Positions 49,761-60,189 of a DNA stretch of 64,000 nt are shown here, piece after piece. The notes below the pieces were generated by a model that was not told the DNA's origin, made no database searches, and was given only the letters and a program-made list of their open reading frames with translations. The translations under genes and the position numbers were made by a program. The DNA is from Marsupella aquatica (taxonomy: Eukaryota; Plantae; Marchantiophyta). The stretch is taken from NCBI GenBank assembly GCA_973895155.1, contig OZ316893.1, positions 22,959,915 to 23,023,914 of the forward strand. The letters run 5' to 3'. Numbering within the stretch: the stretch's first letter is position 1; every line of letters begins with the position of its first letter.

Positions 49761-52700
49761 TGTGATGCCTAGACAGGAATCACTCGGCCGGTTAAGTGGG
49801 TAAAGCAGGAAGGCGCCCTAGGAACACCTTAGTATAGTGACAAAACAAGGAAAATATAAACAATTAGGGGCAACCATGGAACCCGGGCAGAGGCCGGAGG
49901 TAAGGCTGAGGGTGAAAACCCGATTAGGGTTAGGGCGTGTTAAGCGTCGGCGGCTAGGAAGGATCAACGGGAAGAAGGACCGGCGGAGGAGAGGGGTAAG
50001 GAGCGCTTGCAGGAGATGGTGGCTCATTTGCGAGCACGAACTAGGCAGACGACTACGGGAGGCCAACTACTGTCAACTGCTTAGGCAAGCACTCGGGGAG
50101 AGAGTAGATACCGACGATCAACCTAAGGAGGGTATGAGCAACGTCAATCAAGCGGCACATTTCTGGGGATGCCTGTTCGAACGGGCAACTGAGTACATCA
50201 AGACTTACGAGGACGAGGAGTCAGAAAGGGCAACTCGAGAACGGCAGGAGCTCGCTCGATTGTGGGAGCTGCAGAAGACGGCTTTCTTAGGAGGCGAACT
50301 CATCAAGGACGAGTTCCTGTGGACGCCTACTTCCAATCAACTCGACGATCTTCTGTTTTGCAAAGACAGCGTCGTCGGCATCCGAGAGGCCATCAAGAAC
50401 TGCAACGACATACACTGGGAATTAAAGGGTAGCACGGAAAGGTGGACCCAGGCAACGGTGCTAGGAGAAACCTCCACGGCAGCAGAGATGAAGAGGAAGG
50501 GAGCCGTCAACGATGAAGCCACCCCGGCAAAAAGAACGAGGTCGGCGGCACCAAAGAAGCCAGCCGAGCAGCAGAGCAGGAGGCAGGGAGAAGCCGAAGA
50601 GGAGGAGGTCGATCCCATCAAGGCCATTCCAACCAGGGATGACACCTGGAAGGGCTGGGCGGCAACCCTACCGGTGGAGGTGCAACTACATTTTGCACGG
50701 GAGGAGGATGCATGCTTTACGGCCATGCAGACCAAGAAGTACCAAGGCTTCATGGCCGGATCCGGCTTGGAGGCCTTTGTAAGATTACCATGGCTGAAGC
50801 CGGAGGTACCGGAGTCAGACCTATTAGAATTCGTGGGGTCATGGGAACCCGAGACCAATTGCACGAGGATATATGGGAAGGATTTCTATCTTACTCCCAA
50901 GGTGATTGCCGAAGTGTTTGGCTTGCCGATGGGCAATAAGACCAAAGTTGATACCAGGAAGACCTTGCCTGACAAGGAGTTCCGGTCGTTCCCCGGGCCA
51001 TCAACGAAGAATGGCTTCTTCCGGAACACCTGCACCAACCCACACATAGGAGAGATGATCGACTTCTTGCGGGTGACCATGCATTGTAACTTGCCGAGGG
51101 CAGAGATCGGCAAGGCACAGGTCTATCTGGCAGAAAGGCCAGACCCAAGCCGGGACTACAACGGGTACCTCCTCAACCAATTGAAGAAGATCTTAAAGGA
51201 GGAGCAGCAGGTAATCGGCATGGGGAGCGTGTCGCGGCTTGGCTATCACATGCCGCTGTTGTGCCGGTATGCCAGAGGTCAGACTTTTGCCCCGGTACTT
51301 CCCCTGTAGGTAAGGGCACCCGAGGAAGCTCCAACGCCGAGGCCGTTGGCTGAGAAGCCTCAACCACCTGTTAGTCCTACGATCGAGCAGGTGTTTAGGC
51401 CCAGGAAGGAAGACTTGCCGATGCAGCAACCAGGCATGCAGAGTCTGCTGAAACTACTGGAGAAAGAAAAGAAATCGGCATCGGCAACAACAACAACAAC
51501 GGCAACGGCAACAATGCAGGACACTACTACAGAGGTAGGCCTACACCGGCTCACAAGAGAAAACCCCTTTGCTGGAGACAAGGAGAGAATCAGGCCGGAA
51601 TCCAAGCCAGGTGTTCGAATGTACGTGGGAACCTCAAGCTCCGAATCTGAGGCAGAATTGCCTGAAGCTCCTACCGAGGAAGAGGAGAGGGAGAAGCCAG
51701 AAATCCAAGAGGTAGAGGAGGCAGTGGAGGACTGCAGCCATGATAATTCCGGCTATGGGTCGGACCATCACGTTCCAGGAGTAAGGACCTGTGGCCGGTT
51801 TGTCCCCACACTTCCAAGGGTAGTGCGAGGGGACCCCAACCAGCAGAGTAGCCCTGAGTCTCCCCCACCAGATGTTGCTCCCCCGAGCTTCGACGGCATC
51901 AAACAGACGGTGCAGGAATTTCAGGAGCGAATCAAGCAGGAGGAAGAGGCCGCCCTGGCTAAGGAAAAGGATTTACCAGGAGGAGATTGGCCGGAGGACA
52001 TCAGGCGGCTAGCCGAAAAAGAAAGCAAACCTCTAGCCACGATTGAAGAGATCCGCAGGACGGCTTGGGAGCAGAGGCCACAATGGGCGATGCCGATCAC
52101 TTCTACTTACTCCACCTACGCTAAGAATAGAGCCATGGAGTATGGTGAGATGTGTGGGGAACTTGCGCTCGGCATCTTTGGAGAGGAGTTGGAGGTAGGA
52201 CCCTTTTTCCATAGGGAGCAGTTGGAGAAGCACCAATTAGAAGAAGCGGTGGCTTTAGAGAGAAGCAAGAAGGACGAGGTCATTCGGCGGCTTAGGAGGA
52301 TGGGAGCCGAGATTGAAGATCTAAGGGCGGCCAAGAAAGCCCAAGATGAACTGCGGATTAAACGACATGAGCTGAACATCATGCAGGGGCAGTTGGACGC
52401 CGCGCAGGCTGATAATCAGAATATCAAGGATAAACTGACTCAGACGCAGGAAGAGTTGGCCGACACGATCAAAGAAAGGGAAAAGTGGAAGCAAGAGCTG
52501 AAGAATACAGAGGAGGCCCACATAACAGCCAACAGCCGGGCCATGGCGGAGACCCAAAGAAAGGAATGGGCGTTGAAAGGGGAGCTCGAGAAAATCCGCG
52601 GAGCCCTTGAGCAGAAGGAGGTCGAGTTAGGGAAATCCTATCAAGGGATTATGGCGCTGCAGCAGGAGCTTGCGTCCCTGACGGCCAGCTTCAAGGCCGA

Positions 52701-54390
52701 CCTAAGGGAGAAGGACGAGATGCTCGAACAGACTTACGCCAAGATGAACCAGATGGAGTCTGTCATCATTGCAGAGCTCGACAAGGAGCTAAGAGCAACC
52801 CAGGAGGAGAAGGCTACCTTGAAGAAGGAATTGGAGGAAGCCCACAGGGAGCAGGAGGAGGCCAAAAACGAGCTGGAGGGGGCACGTAAGGACCTGGATG
52901 AAACCCAAGAGGAGTTGGAGGAAATCACGAGGAAGATGGAGAACCTACAGCGGCGGGCCGACAACCAAACAGAGCGGCTGAAGAAACAAGCCGCAGTATT
53001 TAAATGCTTAGCTGCAGCAGGTCCATCTCCTGTTGGGACAAACCAGTTACCAGGGGTGGTAATTGCCGAAGGACAAGCCGCGCCACCTGCACCAGTGCCG
53101 GAGGTAAGTGGGAAGGGGAAGGGACCAGCTGCCGAGCCACCAACGAAGAAGAAGCGGAAACCTTCAGGGTCAAGGAGTAATACGACTTCACAGGCCGTGG
53201 TGATCAAGGAGGTAGACCCAGCACCGACCCCAGACGGGGTCACGGCTAAGGATCCAACTACCCTAGGGGAAGGGGAGGCCGAAGCCGTGGGGTTGGCTGA
53301 GGCCGAAGCCGTGGGAGTTGTCGAGGCTGAAGGCGAAGGTGGACCCAGTCAGGCCGATGGAGAGTTGACTCGGTCAAGGGCAGGTAATCTGTCAGTAGGC
53401 GGGCCAACGGCAGTGGCTGAGGAGGAAGTGTTGGGGGCGTCCATTGAGGATCCACCACCGGTGTCGTGACGGTGCAAGGGCGCCGTTCCTTTTAGGGAGG
53501 GCGGACGTGGAGGGAGGAGGCGTGAGTGGGCAGGGCGGGCACGGATCTCCACGTTTAGGATTAGGATCAGAACCAGGAGCGGCCCTGACACTTAGCTTAG
53601 TGGGATTGCGGTCCCACTGGTAGGAGCAACACTTGTGCTCCTGCCTTGCTGTACATAGGTAGATTCGGGCAAGTAGATTACTGTTAAGTAGATTAGGCTT
53701 ACGATGCAAAGAATGGCGGATCCACTACCAGGATAAGTACCTGGGCAGCGGGGAGCTCAGGGCCTCTTCTTTAGCAAGTTTTTAGTTTGCACCAGTCGGG
53801 CTGGGATCAAGTAGTACGAGAAGCTCTCGGTTAGTCATACAGTGACCCTTGTGTATATTCATGTTTCCTCATGCCTAAGAGCTGAATAGAGTTGGCCTCA
53901 CGGCTTAGTTCGCAGAACTTGTGTATGAGATGTACTGTTTGTATGGCAAGTGCATGGTATGACTCAGTCAGAATGAGTCATTTTGCTATTTGTGTGTCGC
54001 ATTAACTTGTGTGAAGAGTGCCCACATCAACAGAAGGAAGGAAAGTAAGCAGGGGAGTGAGAGTTGGATGTGTCGAGCTGAGAGAGGTCTTAGCGGCTTA
54101 ACCAAGCCTATTGGGGATCATTCCGGCGGCGGAATCCAAACATACCTAACAAGACGGAGGGGAAGACAGGGGAAGACAGGGGAAGGCCTATATTAGGCCG
54201 GCTACGTATCTCATGACCCGATGAAGGATCTGTCCAGTATATGTGTGTAAAATGTTAATAGTAGTAGTAGAAGGTTAGCAGCGTCCCATGCCGCTAAGCC
54301 GCGGAAACGGCCTCGCCAAGCACGAAACCTGCGGGAATCGGCTTGAGCTGGGGGGTTTCTTGGGTTTAGGGAGCCATGGGACGCACCACA
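49761..54390 (+). mobile_element. Family-B unit copy 2, probable solo LTR (4630 bp)
   Basis: TGTGATGCC...GCACCACA with perfect TSD CTTCC (49756-49760 / 54391-54395). Confidence 0.92.
50134..53469 (+). pseudogene. LTR-encoded protein, family B copy 2 (1111 codons, one in-frame stop)
   Basis: ORFs 49837-51309 and 51346-53469 share a frame and are separated only by TAG at 51307-51309 (CAA in copy 1). Start MSNVNQAAHFW chosen by homology. Confidence 0.87.
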
Positions 54391-56451
54391 CTTCCCGTTG
54401 TCTGCTAATGTCTTCTTGGCGCTTTTCGGCTACGATCTGCTGGTCTAGGTACCCCGGAATCTTGTTGAACTCCGCTTGAGTAAGCCGCTGGCTGCCCTTC
54501 AGCTTAAAGAACTTTGCTGGAACCTCAAGAATCGCCTCTGCTACCGATCTAAGCCCTTCCTCGCTGAGATATAGTTCGGTGATGTAGTCTCGTAGCTCGT
54601 TGTAGCTGGAATCCCTGGTGATGGTTGTCTTTTCGCAATTAACCAGTGCTACCTTGGTCACCAGCTTCGCGTATCTTTGTTCGTAAGCGGCTTTCTCGGG
54701 ACAAGAGTACCAGTAAGTCTCTGAGAACTTAGCACCTACCTCGCCAAACAAGGTCCAAAATCCCAAGGCTGTGAGGGTCATACTAACCTCGTAGTCCGGT
54801 TTGTTGAGTCCACGTTCCCACCCAGCTGGTCCTTTTTCTCGTGGAGGCCTCGCTCGTCCTGACTAAATCTCGCCACATTCCGCTCTTCTCCCTCGATAAT
54901 CTCCTTGTAAGGGTTGACTTGATTCGATCAGAAAGGCGAGTGGATGGCAACGTCCGCGAATTCCAAAAAGATAGACATGAGCAAATGGCCCACAACGTCA
55001 TCGGCTCCTCTCTTATGGAGGTGCCAGGGTGAGCCCAAGCGTGAGAAGACCAGGCCGTTTTGGTCATTGATAATGAGCTGAAGTTGGCGCCTCGGTCCAA
55101 GCGTGATTCTTCTAACTGATTTTTACTCCGCTGCCGCCACCGTACCTCGGTCGCGCGTAATAATCCTCTTCCTGAACTCGTAATTATTCGGTCATCTTAA
55201 CCTACTCCTAATCTATTCATAATGGCAACAGACGGCTATACGTGCTATTCTACGCTATGGCTACGGTCCTAATGGCCGTATAAGACCTAATCTACGACCT
55301 GGGTTTGGTTAAGTGACACGTTACCCGTGTCACAACGTGACACCGACCCAAGACGTTACAATAAACCCACGGCGGATGAGATTGGTGTGATCATGGTTGG
55401 GGAGGAGGACATTGAAACACGTGGTCGAGATATTATCCTGAGGACAAGGGACGGGGGCCTACGTAGGATTTTGGAGTGGCATAGGTCCTATGCTCCTCTC
55501 CATTATGTCTTACTCTTTCCGCATGGTCAAGACGGGTGGTCTTATGACATCCCATTGGTGGGCCATGAATTTCAAGATGGGGTCATTGTGGCAGTTGAAC
55601 CCCAAGTAAGGGGTGGACGCAATGGCTCCAAAAAGGTCACACAACTACAATACTATGCATACTTGCTACATGCAAGGCGAGGTGATGATTGGCTGCTTCG
55701 TGGAGGGCGATTGCTAAAGCAATGTATTGTGGACGCATATGCATGCATAGATCAAACGCGACTGGTCAACCTATATTCACAACAATCAAAAAATTAAAGT
55801 TGCGAACAGAACTATATTAAGGGCTTCAAGATGCAGTTCAAGACGGAGATGCATGTGCAGGTGATGTGGGTAGGACCTACAGTTTGCCATCCTTATATGG
55901 GGGTAGTGCCTGCAATATGATGCAGGCATACCAAGACGCCATGGCCGTTGTACGAACGTATGGTCCCCTGACCTTTTTACCACATTTACATGCAATCCTG
56001 AATGGCCAGAAGTCAGAGCGGAGTGCTACCCCTATCAGACCCCGGCCGACCGGGATGACATTGTTGCTCGAGTGTTCAAACTCAAGTTGAAGGCACTTTT
56101 GGCGGACATTCATGCAGGGGTCTTAGGTAGACCTGTTGCCTCTATGTATGTCATCGAGTTTCAAAAGAGGGGTTTGCCGCATGCCCATATTTTGATCATA
56201 TTGATTGAACGACATAAACTACGCATGTCGGAGTTGGTGGACCAATTAGTTTGTGTAGAGATACCGGACGTGAGGGTGTATCCGCAATTATTTCAGACTA
56301 TAACAAAATGCATGACGCATGGACCGTGTGGTCGAGGGTACCCCAACTCGCCTTGCATGGTCGACGGATAGTGTAGCAAGGGCTACCCGAGACCATTCTC
56401 AATTGAAACAGTTTTTGGGGATGATGGGTATCCCATGTATCGACATCGAGA

Positions 56452-56749
56452 CTCGGGGGTTTTCACTTCCACAAAAATGGCATATCACGTGCGACGAAGG
56501 ATAGGGTCATTTTATTGGTTCTAAGGGAAGACTTAAGAATTTTTGTAGAAGAACAATAGGGTCTTTTAAATTCAATTTTGACACTTATAAGAACATTAGG
56601 GTCTTTTTAATCCAATTTTTGGAATATTCCAAGAATATTCCAACTTTATAGGGGTTAAAAAATTAAAAAAAATTCTTACATTTTAGGGGGTCCGAGGCCT
56701 AAAAACGTCACAGGCGATGGGGAGGTCCTCATATAGTGAGACCCCCGAG
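56452..56749. mobile_element. MITE, 298 bp, with 8-bp TSD, inside the Helitron Rep domain
   Basis: TIRs CTCGGGGGTTTTCACT / AGTGAGACCCCCGAG and TSD CATCGAGA on both sides; same family as 12840-13134. Confidence 0.93.
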
Positions 56750-59384
56750 CATCGAGATGATGGGCGCAATTTCACAAAGGACAAAAGCGACTTTAAGTTT
56801 GATAATAGGTGGGTTGTTCCTCATAGTCCATATTTGAGCATGAAATACAACGCTCATATTAACGTGGAGATATGTTGCTCTATCAAAGCCATTAAGTACT
56901 TATATAAGTAAATTGCTACAAAGGGCATGATAAAGCAACAGTGGAGGTAGAGCAGCGTGATGAAATAAAAGAGCATTTGGATGCTAGGTATGTGTCTGCT
57001 GCAGAAGGAGTATGGCGGATTAATCAGTTTGAAATGTCGGAGAGTAGTACTTCGGTGCAACGACTACAGGTGCATTGTGAGGGGGAACAATCTATTATGT
57101 TTCATGAAGATTTTGAGATAATTGATGTGGTCCAACAAGAATCTCATAGGGATACAACTCTAACTGGGTGGTTCAAAGCAAATGCTTTGCACGAACATGT
57201 GAGACAGATTCTGTATACAAACTTTCCTCATGACTTTGTATGGAATTCAACTATACGCGCATGGACTCCTCGAAGAAGGGGGTTTAGCATTGGGAGGATG
57301 TATTTTGTGCCACCTGCTGCGGGGGAACGATACTACTTGCGAGCACTTCTACTTCATGTCAAAGGTGCAACATCATTCCTTGACCTTAGGACTTTTGAGG
57401 GCATTGTATACCCAACTTTTCAGGCAATGGCTCTTGCTCGGGGTTTGTACGAGAACGATGAAGAATGGGATAGATGTCTTCAAGAAGCGGTAGGTATGCA
57501 GACGGGTGCACAATTGAGACAACTATTTATCACAATCATGTTATTTGGAGGTGTTGCTAGACCATGCGACCTGTGGACCCAACATGCATCCAATTTGAGT
57601 GATGATTGTTGCTATCGTTTGCGGTCAATGGGTTTTTTGGATCCCATTGAGGAGCAACAATAGAGCTTTGCCCTATATTTGACCGATGAGGCTTTGAAAA
57701 GTATTGGTAAAACATTGTTGGCGTTTGGTCGTCCAGTTCCAAGTATGCAATTTTTTGAAGAACCGGAAAATAGGAATCGTTTGATACGGGAGGAGACATG
57801 CTGCCCGATTGATGCACTTCTTCAACAACTTGCAGAATAGAAGCCATTGTTAAATGACAGCCAAAGGGTAGCCTACACTGCAATACTTGCAGCGGTGAGG
57901 GCTCGAGATGGAGGAACATTTTTTGTTGATGGGCCAGGAGGGACGGGAAAAACATTTGTCAAGAATATTCTATTGAGGAGAGTGCGTGCAAATGGGGATG
58001 TGGCATTGGCTGTGGCTTCCTTGGGTATTGCAAGTCTTTTGTTAGATGGAGGGCGCACTGCCCATTCGCGATTCAAGCTTTCGTTGAAACCAATCTCAAC
58101 GTCAACATGTGTTGTTCAAAAGCAATCTGACCTTGGTGGGTTGTTACGGAGGGCGTCTTTTATCTTATGGGATGAAGCACCATGATCCATCGGCATGGAG
58201 TTGAGGCGTTGGATAGAACACTACATGACATACGAGATTGTGACCAAATTTTTGGAGGAGTTGTGGTTGTGTTTGCAGGAGATTTTCGACAAGTACTTCC
58301 TGTGAAGGCAAGGGCCAGTCGTCCGGAGATTGTGGGGTCATGTTTGAAGAAATCTTACATCTGGAGTAGTATACAAACGTACAAACTAACAGAGAATATG
58401 CGGGCAAGAGGAACATTGGCATCTCCTGAGTTTGGCAATCTTACATTTGTAGAGTGGCTTCTTGCATTGGGCGATGACAAACTCCCAAAGGAGGGACCTT
58501 CAAATAACCTTATTAAATGTCCAGAGTCTATGGTGGTGGAGGGAGGACGTGTGGAATCTTTGATGAGTGCAATCTACCCATCTCTTTTGAACGTGGATGA
58601 TAAGTTCTTAAGCGAGAGGACTATCCTAGCGCCAACCAACGATGAGGCGCTCAAAATCAACAATTGCATTCTAGAAGAACTTCCTGGGGAGTCAAAGGAG
58701 TTTTTAAGCGTCAATTGTCCAGATCAACTAGAAGGGGAGAATTTTTATCCTACGGAGTTCTTGAACACGCTAACACTGAGTGGTTTACCACCTCACAAGC
58801 TGGTACTGAAGGTTGGATGCCCTATAATCTTGCTAAGGAATATAGATCACTCGCTTGGATTATGTAATGGCACAAGGCTCATTGTGAGATCCATGAATCA
58901 TCGTGTCATTGAGGCACGAGTCCTTGCAGGAAAATATGCTGGAACTATTACGTTCATCCCACGCATTCCGTTAACGTCTGATGAATCACTTCCTTTTATA
59001 TTACATAGGGTCCAGTTTCCCATCCGAGTGGCATATGCAATGACCATCAACAAGGCTCAAGGTCAAACTTTAGAACATGTAGGGTTGCAACTTTCAAAAC
59101 CTGTTTTTAGTCATGGCCAGTTGTATGTAGCATTCTCAAGAGCAACATCGCCTAGAAGTATTAAGGTTTTGCTTCCAGATTCTGAGGAGGGTCATGCAAG
59201 GTTGACCAAAAATGTTGTATATGATGAAGTTCTTTATTGAACACGAATAAAGTTGGCATGCATATGGTATCAATTATCTTCATGTATTTGCATTTTAAGC
59301 ATGTTATGTATTTCATCTTCATCATGTTTGCCATATCCCATGACATCTTTTTTCCAAACCTTGACCTTGACCTTTGTGCCTCGC

Positions 59385-59835
59385 TTAAACATCTTTTCTC
59401 TTAAATGGACATATTTTGCTCATCTCAATATCTTTTGCTCATCTCAACATCTTTTTATCACTCGACATCTGACTTCTCATCACCTCGACATCTTTTCATC
59501 ACAGACTTGAGGTCTTTTGATCACCTTGACATCTTTTTACACCTCGACATCTTTTCATCACAGACTTGAGGTCTTTTGATCACCTTGACATATTTTTACA
59601 CCTCGACATCTTTTATCACCTTGACATCTTTTATCACTCGACATCTTTTTATCACTCGACATCCTTTTATCACCTCAACATATTTATATCACTTCGACAT
59701 ATTTATATCACTCGACATCTGTTTATCACTGGACATCCTTTTATCAGTGCCTTGATATATTTATATCACTCGACATCCTTTTATCACCTCGACATATTTA
59801 TATCACTCGACATCTTTTTATCACTCGACATCTTT
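59385..59835 (+). repeat. Minisatellite (~17-20 bp, TCACTCGACATCTTTTA-like) in the Helitron 3' region
   Basis: About 20 degenerate tandem units running right up to the terminal hairpin. Confidence 0.8.
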
Positions 59836-60189
59836 CGTGCAACGCACGGGCATGGGGCTAGTAAACACATAATTGCATTGCGATAGCCTAGGTGAGAGCA
59901 AGAACAATTGTACTTGAGAGTACAATTATGAATTATACTAGATTGTCCTTTTTACTTTCGCATGGGGATTACAACTCTACAAGGGTGAGTTATTATATTA
60001 TACTCTCATCTCATAAAGATAAACCACTATACAAAGATCAGGGAGAAGGTAGGGAGAAATTGGCATGGAGGAAAAGAAGGGTAGTCCTAGATAAAGGAGA
60101 TTTAAAGGAACACAAATTGAGGAAAAGAAAAATGAAAATGGTATGAAAAATAAAAAAGAGTAAAAAGTGAGATACTTTTGTATTTCCTA

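Larger units (their letters stand above)
47836..54781 (-). pseudogene. LTR-encoded protein, family C (split by family-B copy 2)
   Basis: N-terminus MTLTALGFWTLF at 54781 continues across the TSD into 49755. The core 48265-49359 aligns to family A (SLTE.RL..IF.LP.G, DNG, EPR.EIS, GGK.Y..SHI.IIL.WY); the coiled coil contains VARLQTEA. Confidence 0.82.
46852..55334 (-). mobile_element. Family-C unit, probable solo LTR (3848 bp without the nested B) with internal ORF
   Basis: Plus strand TGTCGCG...GTGTCACA with perfect TSD ACGTG (46847-46851 / 55335-55339). Removing it restores the RepHel frame VAER-DTDPRRYNKP. Confidence 0.92.
45232..59240 (+). pseudogene. Helitron RepHel (HUH Rep plus PIF1-like helicase), split by an intron, solo LTR C and a MITE
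   Basis: CPCCKALHW..CCADGK; YNNALAFTSIG; FSQLYIHD; HNPYV; YAPLHYVLLFPHG; FTCNP; EFQKRGLPHAHIL; KYLYK; GPGGTGKT; WDEAP; GDFRQ; CNGTRL; KAQGQT; HGQLYVAFSR. GT-AG intron at 46600-46693; several stops and frameshifts. Confidence 0.93.
43205..59861 (+). mobile_element. Full-length Helitron with nested insertions
   Basis: 5' A|TCTACCTACTATAATA; 3' hairpin CGTGCAACGCACG (59836-59848) followed by CTAG|T; RepHel coding sequence inside. Confidence 0.88.

Noticed and set aside
49837-50133. Arg-rich N-terminal extension of the family-B ORF
   Set aside because: It is not open in copy 1, and homology with families A and C begins at the ATG at 50134.
51346-53469. Myosin/SMC-like or env-like host gene
   Set aside because: Only generic coiled coil; no ATPase motifs, signal peptide or transmembrane helix seen; it lies inside a TSD-bounded repeat.
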